A stretch of DNA of 64,000 bases from an uncultured Candidatus Saccharibacteria bacterium (GCA_964532005.1 CAZHER010000001.1:55502-119501), one strand, 5' to 3'. Numbered from the stretch's first letter, positions 29,400 to 40,350 are shown. The notes: a model not told the origin generated them from the letters alone. Translations and numbers: made by a program.

Positions 29400-30215
29400 A
29401 TGGAAAATAGCCAAATTTATGGACATTCAGCCATACAAAAAACTTTGTCAGCAGAGCTGGAAAAAGGTGATTTATCTCATGCGTATTTATTTTTTGGACC
29501 CGAGGGGGTAGGGAAGTTTAGTTTGGCGAAGCAATTTGCAAAGCAAATCGCTAACAACAGCCCTGCCGATATCTTTGAGCTTGATTTGTCTGAGAATGGA
29601 ACTATAGGTGATTTGCGGCAATTCTTGTCCACCATTTCAGTTAAGCCAGTTTTGGCTAATCGTAAAGTTGCCATTATTAACAATTTCGAATTAGCTTCTG
29701 ATCTTTTGGGCAACGCAATGCTAAAAACTTTAGAAGATCCTACACCCAGCACCGTAATAATTCTAGTATCATCAAGACAAGTGCTTCCAACAATAATTTC
29801 TCGTTGCCGAGTTTTAAGTTTTGGCAGACTTCAGCCGGAAGAAATTAAACAGTTAGCTGGTGCGTTGCAGTTAAATGTGACAAATGAACAGATATTACTT
29901 ACTGCCGGCTCACCCGCCAGACTAATAAAATTGTTTGACACAGGGGACCTGCGGAAAAAAGTTTCAGATTGGAGTAGTAAAATGGTTGATGCTCAAAATT
30001 TTGAAATCAGTAGCAAGCTGTTGTTGATCTCCGAGCTCGGTACAGAAGATACGGAAGTTTTGCGACAAGTTTTGCTTGCTTTTATAGAACGGTTGCGTCA
30101 AAGGTTGTCTGCATCCCCTCAGTTGGCCGAACAGATCAGAAAGGCAATGGAGGGATTGGATTTATTAAGATTTAATTTAAATAAAAAACTAGTTTTGCAG
30201 CGGGTGCTGCTCTAA
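29400..30215 (+). CDS. holB: DNA polymerase III delta-prime subunit
   Basis: HAYLFFGPEGVGK, NAMLKTLEDP, LPTIISRC; lacks the zinc module. Confidence 0.85.
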   Translation: MENSQIYGHSAIQKTLSAELEKGDLSHAYLFFGPEGVGKFSLAKQFAKQIANNSPADIFELDLSENGTIGDLRQFLSTISVKPVLANRKVAIINNFELASDLLGNAMLKTLEDPTPSTVIILVSSRQVLPTIISRCRVLSFGRLQPEEIKQLAGALQLNVTNEQILLTAGSPARLIKLFDTGDLRKKVSDWSSKMVDAQNFEISSKLLLISELGTEDTEVLRQVLLAFIERLRQRLSASPQLAEQIRKAMEGLDLLRFNLNKKLVLQRVLL

Positions 30216-30224
30216 ACAAAAAAT

Positions 30225-31280
30225 ATGAAAATATTAAAAACAATTTCAATATTTGCAGTGATAGTATTTTTGGGTGCTTCATGTAATTTGTTCGGAGGCG
30301 GCGGAAGCGACAACTCTAAAACCAACAAGCAAGCAGGTGTTTTGCGTTCCGCCAACGGCGGGACTGACTGGCAAGCCGCCAACTCTATTAAAGACAAAGC
30401 AGATGCAACTTTGGCAGGAACAAACGTATCTGGTATGAAGTTCAAGCCAAACTCAACAGATGTTATTTACATGTCCAGCTCTAACAAAGGAATGTTTGTT
30501 TCTGAGGACGGTGGTAATTCTTGGCGCTCAATTTTGTCTGATTTCAGCGTTTACGATTTTACTTTTGACCCATACAATGCCGATATTATCTATATCGCAG
30601 GGATGTCTTTAAATTATGGGCGCGTGTTGGTTACAAAGGATGCCGGGAAAACATGGCAAGAAATTTATAACGAAGGTGTTACTGGAAATCCGGTGAAGTC
30701 TATTTTGGCCGAAACCAGCCAAAGATTATATATTGGTTTAGAGTCTGGAAATTTAGTGAAAAGCGAGGATAGTGGGTTGAGTTGGAAGCTGGTCCACAAT
30801 TTTAAAAATCGGGTAGGCCCGATCAAAACTTATAATGGCAGTTTGTATGTTATGACCAAGAAACAAGGTTTGTACAAAAGCGCTGACGGACTAAACTTTA
30901 CAGGGGTGACATATGACGTGGGTCAAGAAAAAACTTTGGTTGTATTTAACAAATCCGGCGATTTTAACAATTTTGTATTAGGACTAAATACTATATACTT
31001 AGCTACAGCCAATGGGTTGTTTCATAGCCTAGATCAAGGCGCAACCTGGGCCAAACTTGTTTTGCCGGTTCAGGACCAGTCAGCCACAATACTTGCTTTA
31101 GGGGTTAGCCCGGCAACCGACAGTGTAGTGTATACTGCAGTTAAGTCTACTATATATAAGACAACGGACGGTGGTAGTACTTGGCAAACTCAAAACGCCA
31201 ATACACAATCTCAAATCGGATCGATATTGGTTCACCCTCAAAACCAGCAAGTAGTTTATGCCGGAGCATTTAATAAGTAA
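30225..31280 (+). CDS. Lipoprotein with BNR/Asp-box repeats (Ycf48/sortilin-like propeller)
   Basis: Lipobox-like LGASC; repeated S/T-x-D-x-G-x-T/S-W. Confidence 0.8.
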   Translation: MKILKTISIFAVIVFLGASCNLFGGGGSDNSKTNKQAGVLRSANGGTDWQAANSIKDKADATLAGTNVSGMKFKPNSTDVIYMSSSNKGMFVSEDGGNSWRSILSDFSVYDFTFDPYNADIIYIAGMSLNYGRVLVTKDAGKTWQEIYNEGVTGNPVKSILAETSQRLYIGLESGNLVKSEDSGLSWKLVHNFKNRVGPIKTYNGSLYVMTKKQGLYKSADGLNFTGVTYDVGQEKTLVVFNKSGDFNNFVLGLNTIYLATANGLFHSLDQGATWAKLVLPVQDQSATILALGVSPATDSVVYTAVKSTIYKTTDGGSTWQTQNANTQSQIGSILVHPQNQQVVYAGAFNK

Positions 31281-31301
31281 ACGAAACTTAATCAATAGCC
31301 A

Positions 31302-31847
31302 ATGTTAGAACAGAGTAAACCACAATTTGATAAGGCGATAGAACATTTTCACCATGAACTATCTAGCGTCAGAACAGGCAGAGCTAATCCCGCTTTGCTT
31401 TCAACAGTTATGGTGGACAGCTATGGGGTCAAAGTTCCTATTGCTCAGGTTGCCAATGTTACTGTTAGCGATGCAAAAACTTTAACTATCAGCCCATGGG
31501 ATAAAAGTCAGTTGCAGGAAATCGAAAAAGGCATTATTTCAGCCAATTTGGGATTCATGCCCGGCAACGATGGAAATGTAATAAGAATAAATCTCCCCCC
31601 TTTAACCGAAGACCGCCGCAAAGAGATGGTAAAGTTGGTAGGGCAAATGGCAGAAAGTGCCCGCATTGCAGTAAGGCAGGTTAGAGAAGAAGTAATGAAA
31701 GAATTGAAGCGTGGGGAATCCGCAGGAGATATTACCAAAGACGACTTGGTGCATCAGCAGAAAAAATTGCAAGATATGGTTGATGATTATAACAACCAGA
31801 TCAAAGTTGGTGCTGATGAAAAAGAGCAAGAATTAATGACAATTTAA
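31302..31847 (+). CDS. frr: Ribosome recycling factor
   Basis: 'RTGRANP', 'PPLTEDRRKE'. Confidence 0.97.
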   Translation: MLEQSKPQFDKAIEHFHHELSSVRTGRANPALLSTVMVDSYGVKVPIAQVANVTVSDAKTLTISPWDKSQLQEIEKGIISANLGFMPGNDGNVIRINLPPLTEDRRKEMVKLVGQMAESARIAVRQVREEVMKELKRGESAGDITKDDLVHQQKKLQDMVDDYNNQIKVGADEKEQELMTI

Positions 31848-31854
31848 ACTAAGA

Positions 31855-32991
31855 ATGTTAATTACTATACTAATTTTTGTAATAGTTTTAGGGCTACTGG
31901 TATTTGTTCATGAAGCAGGCCATTTCATTGCAGCTAAGCGTAGTGGAATGCAGGTTCACGAATTTGGCTTCGGTTTCCCCCCACGGCTTATTGGTTTGCA
32001 AAAAGTGGAAGGGCAATGGCGCGTGGTATGGCGTAAAACTCCGGCAGAATCCGAAAATACCATTTATTCCATCAACTGGATTCCTTTAGGCGGGTTTGTA
32101 AAAATTCTCGGAGAAAATAATGATTCAGTTGAAGACCCGAAAAGTTTTATTAATCGACCTTTTTGGCCTCGGCTGTTGACTTTGGCCGCCGGAGTCCTAA
32201 TGAATGTTTTGCTGGCCTGGGTATTGCTGTCTGCGGGGTTTATGATAGGGATGCCGGTTGCCAGCGAAGGCGATGATTTACCTAAAGGAGCAGTATTAAG
32301 TGACGAAAAGGTTGCGGTACTGGATATAATTCCTGATTCACCAGCGGCAAAAGCAGGACTGCAGTCTGGTGACACAATCTTAAGATTAGATGGGAATGAG
32401 ATTAAAAATATAGAATCGGTTCGTGATTATATATACAACAATAAAGGGAAAAAAATAGTTTTTGAAGTTCAGCGTTTAGATAAATCTATTAGTGCCGAAG
32501 TGCAGTCCGATGCCAATCCACCAGCTAATTCTGGTCCAACCGGGGTGGGTTTAGCTACGGTCGGAGAGCTAACTTTGCCTTGGTACAATGCTTTGTGGCA
32601 AGGTGCTGTAACAACGTTTAATCAACTTCGAGCAATAGTTGAAGGTTTGATTGGATTATTCAGCACTGGCGACGGTTTGCAAAATATTGGCGGTCCAGTC
32701 AAAATAGCCCAGTTGACCGGCCAGGTAGCGAGAATAGGATTTATTCCGCTTTTGCAATTTGTAGCTTTCCTGTCTTTGAATCTGGCTTTATTAAACAGCT
32801 TGCCAATTCCCGCTTTGGACGGTGGCCGTATGCTTTTCCTTGTTATTGAAAAAATCCGCGGCAAGCGCAATAATCCGCAGTGGGAACAAAGTGCAAACGC
32901 CATTGGGTTTATACTTCTTTTACTACTAATGGTGGTAGTGACTGCGCGAGATGTAATTTCAACAACGTTATTTAAGAACATTATTGGATAA
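31855..32991 (+). CDS. rseP: RIP metalloprotease RseP (M50) with PDZ domain
   Basis: HEAGH, PLGGFV, PDZ, LPIPALDGG. Confidence 0.95.
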   Translation: MLITILIFVIVLGLLVFVHEAGHFIAAKRSGMQVHEFGFGFPPRLIGLQKVEGQWRVVWRKTPAESENTIYSINWIPLGGFVKILGENNDSVEDPKSFINRPFWPRLLTLAAGVLMNVLLAWVLLSAGFMIGMPVASEGDDLPKGAVLSDEKVAVLDIIPDSPAAKAGLQSGDTILRLDGNEIKNIESVRDYIYNNKGKKIVFEVQRLDKSISAEVQSDANPPANSGPTGVGLATVGELTLPWYNALWQGAVTTFNQLRAIVEGLIGLFSTGDGLQNIGGPVKIAQLTGQVARIGFIPLLQFVAFLSLNLALLNSLPIPALDGGRMLFLVIEKIRGKRNNPQWEQSANAIGFILLLLLMVVVTARDVISTTLFKNIIG

Positions 32992-32992
32992 T

Positions 32993-34450
32993 ATGGACAA
33001 ATCATTTGAAAAAAAGGGGTTAACCAAAAAATCGGAAAATATCTCCGATTGGTATCATGACGTGGTTCTGAGAGCGGAGTTGGCGGAATATTCAGAAGTA
33101 AAAGGATGCATGATACTGCGCCCAAATGGGTATGGTTTATGGGAAAAAGCCCAAAGCGTTTTGGATACTTGGTTTAAAGAGGGCGGGGTTCAAAATGTCT
33201 ATTTTCCTTTATTTGTCCCGATGAGTTTATTTGAAAAAGAAAAAGAGCATGTTGAAGGTTTTGCCCCCGAACTTGCTGTGGTTACTCACGGTGGAGGAGA
33301 AGAATTGGCCGAGCCTTTGGCCATTCGCCCAACTTCAGAAACCGTCATTACGCAAAAATTTGCAGAGTGGATTTCCAGTTACCGGGATCTTCCAATGAAG
33401 CTAAATCAATGGTGTAACGTGGTGCGTTGGGAAAGGCGAACGTATCCTTTCATGCGCACTTCAGAGTTTTTATGGCAAGAGGGACATACCGCACATGCTA
33501 ATACCGAAGATTCTATGAAAATGGTGAGAGAAGCTTTGGAGTGGTACAGGAAGTTTTATGAAGAATATTTTGCAATTTCTGCATATGTCGGACTTAAGAG
33601 CGAAAACGAAAAATTTGCTGGCGCTGACGCTACTTATTCCATAGAATTGGTTATGCCGGATGGAAAAGCTTTGCAAGCAGCCACCTCTCATTATTTAGGA
33701 ACCAATTTTGGAAAGGCTTTCAACGTAACTTATTTGGATGATAAAGGAGAAAAACAGTTAGTGCATCAGACCTCTTGGGGTTTTTCTACTCGTTCTATTG
33801 GCGGTTTGGTCCTGACCCACGGTGACGATTCGGGTCTTGTTTTGCCCCCTCAAGTAGCCTTAACTCAAGTTGTTGTTATTGTTTTGGGAACCAAAAACGA
33901 AGAAGAACAGAATCAATTAGCTGAGTATGCTGAACAGATCGTTGCCAGTCTAAAACGTAAAGGAATACGAGTCAGGCTCGACGCCGATACCCAACGTAGC
34001 CTGGGCAATAGAATCAATAATTGGGAATTAAAAGGCGTGCCACTAAGAATAGAGATAGGAGTAAAAGAATTTGAGAAAAGAGAAGTAAAACTGGCTCGGC
34101 GCGATAACTTTGAAAAATCTTTTATCTCTATAGACGGAATAGAAAATTCGGTTGCCGATATACTTACTTCAATACAGGCCAGCTTGTTGGAAAAATCAAA
34201 ATCGGAAAAAGATCGACTGACAACAACCGCAAGTAACTTCGATGAATTTAAAAAAATCATGGCTGAAAGCAAAATGTTCATCCGAGCTTTTTGGTGCGAA
34301 GATCCGGCATGCGAGATGAAAATTAAAGAGCAGACCAAGGCGGTTACAAGAGTTCTAGAATTGGACCAGATAGATACAAATGAGCAGAATACTTGCGTGC
34401 ATTGTGGGAAATCAGCCAAGCGCAAGTGGCTTTTTGCCCAAAGTTATTAG
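32993..34450 (+). CDS. proS: Proline--tRNA ligase, archaeal/eukaryal type
   Basis: IRPTSET, EFLWQEGHTAH, QTSWGFSTR, C-terminal Cys domain ending in SY. Confidence 0.96.
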   Translation: MDKSFEKKGLTKKSENISDWYHDVVLRAELAEYSEVKGCMILRPNGYGLWEKAQSVLDTWFKEGGVQNVYFPLFVPMSLFEKEKEHVEGFAPELAVVTHGGGEELAEPLAIRPTSETVITQKFAEWISSYRDLPMKLNQWCNVVRWERRTYPFMRTSEFLWQEGHTAHANTEDSMKMVREALEWYRKFYEEYFAISAYVGLKSENEKFAGADATYSIELVMPDGKALQAATSHYLGTNFGKAFNVTYLDDKGEKQLVHQTSWGFSTRSIGGLVLTHGDDSGLVLPPQVALTQVVVIVLGTKNEEEQNQLAEYAEQIVASLKRKGIRVRLDADTQRSLGNRINNWELKGVPLRIEIGVKEFEKREVKLARRDNFEKSFISIDGIENSVADILTSIQASLLEKSKSEKDRLTTTASNFDEFKKIMAESKMFIRAFWCEDPACEMKIKEQTKAVTRVLELDQIDTNEQNTCVHCGKSAKRKWLFAQSY

Positions 34451-34492
34451 ATAATTTACAGAAACCAGCAATTGCTTTAATATACTAGAATA

Positions 34493-35545
34493 ATGTTTGA
34501 TTCAGTTTTTAAAAGGTTTTCAAAAGATCTGGGGATAGATCTTGGAACGGCAAATACCCTCGTCTATGTAAAAGGCAAGGGTATTGTTATCAATGAACCT
34601 TCGGTTGTGGCAGTAAATCAAAGAACTAAGCAAATTTTGGCGATTGGAACTGAAGCCCAAAGAATGGTTGGTCGTACACCTGCTCACATTGTTGCTAATA
34701 GACCTTTGGTTTCGGGGGTTATTTCCGATTTTGAAGTGACCGAACAGATGCTCAGGTATTTTATAGACAAAGTTCACAATGAAACATATTCATTTCTCCG
34801 CCGTCCGCGCGTTGTCATTGGAATACCTTCCGGCGTAACCGAAGTAGAAAAGCGCGCCGTGCAAGATGCTGCTATTAATGCAGGGGCCAGACAAGCTTTT
34901 TTGATAGAAGAGCCAATGGCAGCTTCTATCGGAGCGCGTCTTCCTGTTCAAGAGGCACAAGGCTCAATGATAGTTGACATAGGTGGCGGAACTTCAGAAA
35001 TAGCGGTACTGTCCTTGGGTGGGGTTGTAATTTCTAGAAGTGTACGCGTGGCAGGAGACGAAATGAATAATAATATAGTTCAATACGTCCGCGATAATTT
35101 CAATTTACTTATCGGGGTTCGTAGTGCCGAAGAAGTCAAAATTAGTATTGGCTCTGCTTATCCTTTGTCAGAGCCAATGCAAGCCCGTTTGCGCGGCCGC
35201 GATTTAATTTCCGGGTTGCCAAAAGAAATCACAGTCAACGATACCCATATCCGAGACGCTTTGAAGCAGTCCGTGAGAACTATTGTCAATAACGTAAAAG
35301 CTGTAATTGAAGAAATTCCGCCAGAGATTATTTCGGATATTATGAGTCGAGGAATTATTTTGGCAGGCGGCGGCGCTTTATTACGAGGTTTGGATGCCTT
35401 ACTTTCGGAAGAGACCCAGATGCCAGTAACTATTGCGGACGATCCTCTCACCGCTGTTGTTCGGGGCGCTGGTATAGTAGTTGAAGATTTAGAGCATCTC
35501 TCCGAAGTTTTGCTCGTCACCGATTACAGCAGGATTCCCCGCTAA
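34493..35545 (+). CDS. mreB: Rod shape-determining protein MreB
   Basis: GIDLGTANT, EEPMAA, VDIGGGTSE, GGGALLRG. Confidence 0.97.
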   Translation: MFDSVFKRFSKDLGIDLGTANTLVYVKGKGIVINEPSVVAVNQRTKQILAIGTEAQRMVGRTPAHIVANRPLVSGVISDFEVTEQMLRYFIDKVHNETYSFLRRPRVVIGIPSGVTEVEKRAVQDAAINAGARQAFLIEEPMAASIGARLPVQEAQGSMIVDIGGGTSEIAVLSLGGVVISRSVRVAGDEMNNNIVQYVRDNFNLLIGVRSAEEVKISIGSAYPLSEPMQARLRGRDLISGLPKEITVNDTHIRDALKQSVRTIVNNVKAVIEEIPPEIISDIMSRGIILAGGGALLRGLDALLSEETQMPVTIADDPLTAVVRGAGIVVEDLEHLSEVLLVTDYSRIPR

Positions 35546-35564
35546 ATTCTAAACATCAAAACAA

Positions 35565-36371
35565 ATGCGTTTTATCTACACCAAAGTATTTATGTGGTTC
35601 AGTATCTGCCTGGTGGTTTTGGTTGTTTTGTTGTTTTTGCAGTACAGAGGCTGGCTTTCTCCCGTGGAATACGTAATTGCACAAGCACCACGCCCTTTGG
35701 CAAGACTGGTGAGCGGGGTAGTGGTTCCAGTCAAAAATTTTACCGGCACAATATTCTCTTTAAAAAAATTGGCTAGTGAGAACACCAGACTTGAAAGTGA
35801 GTTAATGCAAGCAAAACTCAAGGTCGCTGAAAATGAAAGACTTTCTTCTGAAAACAGCTTATTGAGGCAAGAATTGGGATTTAAGAATAAAAGCGCTTTG
35901 CAACTCCAGCCGTGTTCCGTGTTGTCACGGGATCCCGAACAGTTGGCAGATGCTTTGGTAATAGATTGCGGAGAAAATCATCAGGTCAAGGAAGGCCAGG
36001 CTGTAATGTCCCAAGGATATTTGGTTGGAAAAGTTTTCCACGTAGGAAAATTCAGCAGCACTGTATTTTTAATTACCAATGCTGAGTCTTCCGTAGACGC
36101 ACAAATATTAAATCCCGGCTCAGAGCGGGTAACTGGTGTTATTAAAGGATCTTATGGATCAGGGATTGTGATTGATTTCGTTTCGCAGAACAGCAAACTT
36201 AACAAAGGAGATCTTGTTACTACTGCAGGGATTTCCGGAATAATACCCAAGGATATTTTGATCGGCGACGTTGGCCAGGAGCTGTCTAGGCCGGAGGATT
36301 TGTTTAAAAAATCCAGTATCGCTTCCCCGATAGATTTTAGAAATCTAGATTTTGTGTTTGTTGTAAAATAA
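35565..36371 (+). CDS. mreC: Rod shape-determining protein MreC
   Basis: TM, coiled coil, 'GDLVTTAG...P..I.IG'; synteny. Confidence 0.93.
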   Translation: MRFIYTKVFMWFSICLVVLVVLLFLQYRGWLSPVEYVIAQAPRPLARLVSGVVVPVKNFTGTIFSLKKLASENTRLESELMQAKLKVAENERLSSENSLLRQELGFKNKSALQLQPCSVLSRDPEQLADALVIDCGENHQVKEGQAVMSQGYLVGKVFHVGKFSSTVFLITNAESSVDAQILNPGSERVTGVIKGSYGSGIVIDFVSQNSKLNKGDLVTTAGISGIIPKDILIGDVGQELSRPEDLFKKSSIASPIDFRNLDFVFVVK

Positions 36372-36379
36372 AGTCGCGC

Positions 36380-36916
36380 ATGAGATATTTGATTTATACA
36401 GCAGTTATTATAGTTAATTTTGTTTTGGCCAAAGATCTTTTTGGACATTTTACCTTTGCCGGCGCAATTCCCAACTTAAATCTGCTTCTGATTATAATAA
36501 CTGCAAGCGAATCCGAAAAACTTGATTTTTTGTTTATTTCGGTTATCGCCGGACTTATTACTGACATTGGTTTTGGTTTGCCTATAGGTACTTTTTCTTT
36601 GGGGTTTTTGTTGACCGGGCTCCTGGTCTATTATCTTTTTCATGGTCCTTTATCGATCAGTCTTAGTTGGAAAAATTTTGGTTTGGTGGCAGTAGCAGGT
36701 GTTGTATTTACATATCTTTGGACCGTAACATTTAGCAAGTTAGCCATGATAATGGGGGTACTACCGTTTTCTTTTTCTTATGCGCAGTTCACAAAATTGA
36801 TCTTTTTTATTGTTTTATATAATCTGACATTGGCTTTTCCCATGTTCCTTACCTATGCTTATATAACCAGCAGAATTGATTCGAGATCAGTCAAGAAATC
36901 GCAGTATATATCATAA
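36380..36916 (+). CDS. mreD: Rod shape-determining protein MreD
   Basis: Hydrophobic, 'IPNL', 'GLITD..GLPIG'; located between mreC and mrdA. Confidence 0.8.
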   Translation: MRYLIYTAVIIVNFVLAKDLFGHFTFAGAIPNLNLLLIIITASESEKLDFLFISVIAGLITDIGFGLPIGTFSLGFLLTGLLVYYLFHGPLSISLSWKNFGLVAVAGVVFTYLWTVTFSKLAMIMGVLPFSFSYAQFTKLIFFIVLYNLTLAFPMFLTYAYITSRIDSRSVKKSQYIS

Positions 36917-36918
36917 CC

Positions 36919-38892
36919 ATGACGCACGACGACCCATTTGAAATTTACCAAGATGCAAAAACCCGACCCCGGGCCGGCCGGAGTTTAGATTGGGAAGAAT
37001 CTGCACTGGATTCCGAAAGCGAAGTCGAAGGATTTGTCAATAATCAGGCAGAAGGGCAGAGTTCTCGCAGGTCAGCTTGGTCTTTGTATGCCGGAATTAC
37101 AGCAGTATGTTTCATACTTGTTGCCAAGCTATTTAGTCTCCAGATAGTGCAAGGTGAGCATATGCGCGAATTGGCAGAAGGCAACCGACTCCGCAACAGG
37201 ATTATATTAGCCCCACGGGGATATATCACCGATCGGACCGGTTCGGTCATTGCCCGAAATACGGCTAGTTTTAGTTTGGTGGCAATTCCAGCCGATTTGC
37301 CAAAAGAGGGTTGGCGCGATGAAGTTGAAAAATTGTCCATACTCCTGCCGATAAACAAAGATGAGGTCATTCAAAAATTGGACAACGCAGATAAAAGATC
37401 TCTGCAGCCAATACCGTTGAAGCAAGATTTGTCCCAAGAACAAAGTATTTTGTTCCAAACCAGGGCTAATGAATTTTATGGATTTTCCGTTGAGAGCATA
37501 CCGATTCGCGAATACCCAAATCCTTTAGTGTTCTCCCATTTACTAGGTTATACTGGAATAATTTCTCCTGAAGAATTGGCTGAAAAAAAAGACAAGGACT
37601 ATGTTTTGAACGACTTTATTGGCAAGTCAGGGATTGAACTAACGTACGAGGACTATATCCGCGGAACTAACGGAGTAACTCAAACTGAAGTTGATGCGAC
37701 CGGCAAGTCAGTAAAAGTTATTGGCACCAATGACCCCAAGCCCGGAAATACCGTTGTTCTGAACATAAACCAAGGATTACAAGAAGCTTTGTATCAAGCG
37801 TTTCAGAAAATTTCCCCCAATGCTAAAGGTGCGGCTGTTGCAATGAATCCAAAAACAGGGGAAGTTTTAGCTTATTTATCACTGCCAGGATATGATAATA
37901 ATTTGTTTGCTCCCGGAATTTCCACCGCAGACTACCAAAAATTAACTAATGATCCAGCTTTGCCTTTGTTTAACCGGCCTATTGCGGGAACATATCCGCC
38001 CGGTTCAACAGTCAAACCAATGGTTGCCGCCGCTGTATTGCAGGAAAAAATCGTTACCGAAAATACAGTAATTGTAGACAAAGGATCTTTGGTCATCCCG
38101 AACCAATTTAATCCCAATATTAATTACACTTTTCGTGGTTGGAATTTGGCAGGGCTAGGACCAATGACCGTCCGCAGTGCAATTGCAAAAAGTAGCGACA
38201 TATATTTTTATACCGTGACCGGCGGACACTATTCCAGCTCCATAAAGGGACTTGGCGCAGAAAAGTTGGCTGAGTATTACAGAAAGTTTAATTTGGGCCA
38301 GCCAACCGGAATAGATTTAAAAGGAGAAAAAAGTGGGCTTGTTGCAGATCCAACATGGAAACAGCGCTATTTCAAGGATGATGCAGTAATGTCTAAGTGG
38401 TATTTGGGAGACACATATCACATTGGCATAGGACAAGGGGATATGTTGGTTACTCCGATGCAGGCGACATTATGGACATCTACAATTGCCAATAATGGTC
38501 AAGGTATGAAACCGGTCTTGATCCGGCAAGTGACCGACAGTAAAGGCAATATTATTTTTAAATTTTCCCCGCAAGTAATTTCCAATCCGGGCATTGAACC
38601 TGCATATATGAAAATAGTTCAAGAAGGGATGAGAGAAACTGTAACATCAGGTTCGGGGAGATCTTTAGACTCCTTGTCGGTCCCGGTTGCCGGAAAAACA
38701 GGAACATCACAATTCGACGGATCAGATCCTAGCCGAACCCATGCTTGGTTCGTATCTTATGCTCCGTATAACGATCCTAAAATTGTTTTGACTGTGCTTG
38801 TGGAAGCTGGCGGCGGCGGCGACACAGCAGCTGTTCCAATTGCCAAACAAGCCTACTCATGGTGCATACAAAATAATTGTTTTGATAAATAA
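36919..38892 (+). CDS. mrdA: Penicillin-binding protein 2
   Basis: APRGYITDR, YPPGSTVK (SxxK), SSD, GKTGT, HAWF. Confidence 0.95.
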   Translation: MTHDDPFEIYQDAKTRPRAGRSLDWEESALDSESEVEGFVNNQAEGQSSRRSAWSLYAGITAVCFILVAKLFSLQIVQGEHMRELAEGNRLRNRIILAPRGYITDRTGSVIARNTASFSLVAIPADLPKEGWRDEVEKLSILLPINKDEVIQKLDNADKRSLQPIPLKQDLSQEQSILFQTRANEFYGFSVESIPIREYPNPLVFSHLLGYTGIISPEELAEKKDKDYVLNDFIGKSGIELTYEDYIRGTNGVTQTEVDATGKSVKVIGTNDPKPGNTVVLNINQGLQEALYQAFQKISPNAKGAAVAMNPKTGEVLAYLSLPGYDNNLFAPGISTADYQKLTNDPALPLFNRPIAGTYPPGSTVKPMVAAAVLQEKIVTENTVIVDKGSLVIPNQFNPNINYTFRGWNLAGLGPMTVRSAIAKSSDIYFYTVTGGHYSSSIKGLGAEKLAEYYRKFNLGQPTGIDLKGEKSGLVADPTWKQRYFKDDAVMSKWYLGDTYHIGIGQGDMLVTPMQATLWTSTIANNGQGMKPVLIRQVTDSKGNIIFKFSPQVISNPGIEPAYMKIVQEGMRETVTSGSGRSLDSLSVPVAGKTGTSQFDGSDPSRTHAWFVSYAPYNDPKIVLTVLVEAGGGGDTAAVPIAKQAYSWCIQNNCFDK

Positions 38893-38899
38893 TTTAGCA

Positions 38900-39739
38900 A
38901 TGGAATTAATTAACGGCCGAAAAATAGCAAAGCAAATTTACGAAACCTTTCCATCTCGGTTGAGCCGGCTTGGTTTTGTTCCGGTTTTGGCAGATATCAT
39001 AGTGGGGAATGATCCGGTTTCCATGTCTTATGTAAAAATAAAAAACCGGACCGCGAAAGCCCACGGCCTAGGTTTTCATACCGAGCACCTGCCAATAGAT
39101 TCAGCGCTTGAGCAGATACAAGACTCAATCCGCCGTATCCAAAATGACAATCAGGTATCGGGTTTGATAGTTCAGCTGCCTTTACCAAGCACAGTGGATC
39201 AAAACGTTGCTTTGGACATTATCGATCCTGACATAGACGTAGACTGCATTGGACCAAAGATGAACCAAATGTTTTACGACAATAAGTCCCCTTGGCTTCC
39301 ACCTACCGCAGGGGCAATCTGGGAAATTCTACAAAGCTTACCCAATGACTTCAGTAATAAAAAAATTGGTGTTGTCGGACAAGGAGAGTTGGTTGGCAAG
39401 CCGATTACGCATTTATTGCGTCAGGCCGAGTGCAATGTTGTAGTGGCAACCCAGTTGGATACTGACCTAAAAAGCGTTATAGACACCTGCGACATTGTAA
39501 TTTCCGGTACGGGCAAGGGAGGTCTTATTACAGGAGAGATGCTAAAGCCAGGAGTTGTTCTTATCGATGCAGGTACTTCTGAGTCGGGGAGTAGTATTGT
39601 TGGGGATGTAGACAGCGCATCGGTGGGCCAAATTGCTGCTATGTTGTCTCCGGTCCCAGGCGGCGTTGGTCCGGTAACAGTTGCCAAATTATTGGATAAT
39701 GTAATTGCTGCTGCCGAAAAAAAGTTCCAAAAAAATTAG
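38900..39739 (+). CDS. folD: Methylenetetrahydrofolate dehydrogenase/cyclohydrolase
   Basis: 'MELINGRKIA', VQLPLP, GDVD, SPVPGGVGPVTVA; start set at ATG 38900. Confidence 0.93.
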   Translation: MELINGRKIAKQIYETFPSRLSRLGFVPVLADIIVGNDPVSMSYVKIKNRTAKAHGLGFHTEHLPIDSALEQIQDSIRRIQNDNQVSGLIVQLPLPSTVDQNVALDIIDPDIDVDCIGPKMNQMFYDNKSPWLPPTAGAIWEILQSLPNDFSNKKIGVVGQGELVGKPITHLLRQAECNVVVATQLDTDLKSVIDTCDIVISGTGKGGLITGEMLKPGVVLIDAGTSESGSSIVGDVDSASVGQIAAMLSPVPGGVGPVTVAKLLDNVIAAAEKKFQKN

Positions 39740-39819
39740 ATTAAAACAACAGTCCCGCCACGACTGTTGACATATTGTAAATTTTCCTTATACTTAACCC
39801 CAGACTTAACATATTGAAC

Positions 39820-40281
39820 ATGAATAAAAAATATTTACTTACCCAAGAAGGATTGGTCAAACTGAACGAAGAATTGAAGCATTTGGTTAATGATAAGAGA
39901 AAAGAAGTAATTGAAAGAATTCGCGAAGCAGTGGCTCACGGTGACTTGTCTGAGAATGCTGACTATGCTCAGGCTCGCGAAGAGCAGTCATTTATAGAAG
40001 GCCGCATTGAAGAAATAGAGGACATGATCAAAAATGCAGAAATTATCAGTACTAGTCAAAAGCACAATGCAGTAAGTATTGGTTCAACGATCAAGGTAAA
40101 AGTAGAAGGGGAACAGAAAGAGTACACCATTGTGGGAACGAATGAAGCCAATCCCATGGAAGGCAAGATTTCCAATGAATCTTTGGTAGGCAGCGCCTTG
40201 TTAGGTAAAAGGGTAGGAGACAAAGCTATTGTACAAACCCCGGCAGGAGACAAAGAGTACGAAATAGTGAGTATTGGCTAG
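39820..40281 (+). CDS. greA: Transcription elongation factor GreA
   Basis: HGDLSENADY, 'GKISNESLVGSALLG'; upstream TTGACA-16-TATACT at 39767-39794. Confidence 0.97.
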   Translation: MNKKYLLTQEGLVKLNEELKHLVNDKRKEVIERIREAVAHGDLSENADYAQAREEQSFIEGRIEEIEDMIKNAEIISTSQKHNAVSIGSTIKVKVEGEQKEYTIVGTNEANPMEGKISNESLVGSALLGKRVGDKAIVQTPAGDKEYEIVSIG

Positions 40282-40296
40282 CTAAAAATAACAAAA

Positions 40297-40320
40297 TAAC
40301 CGCCCTTTTGGGCGGTTTTA
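40297..40320. terminator. Bidirectional intrinsic terminator
   Basis: aaccgccc-ttt(t)-gggcggtttt with A-rich 5' flank. Confidence 0.8.
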
Positions 40321-40350
40321 ATATTGAAAATTTACACACATATATCATAT

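Noticed and set aside
38798-38899. Long overlaps from ORF-track starts (folD 38798, rfbD 58038, 49520, 62562)
   Set aside because: Family-like sequence or SD sites begin at downstream ATGs; the extensions are longest-ORF artefacts, not frameshifts
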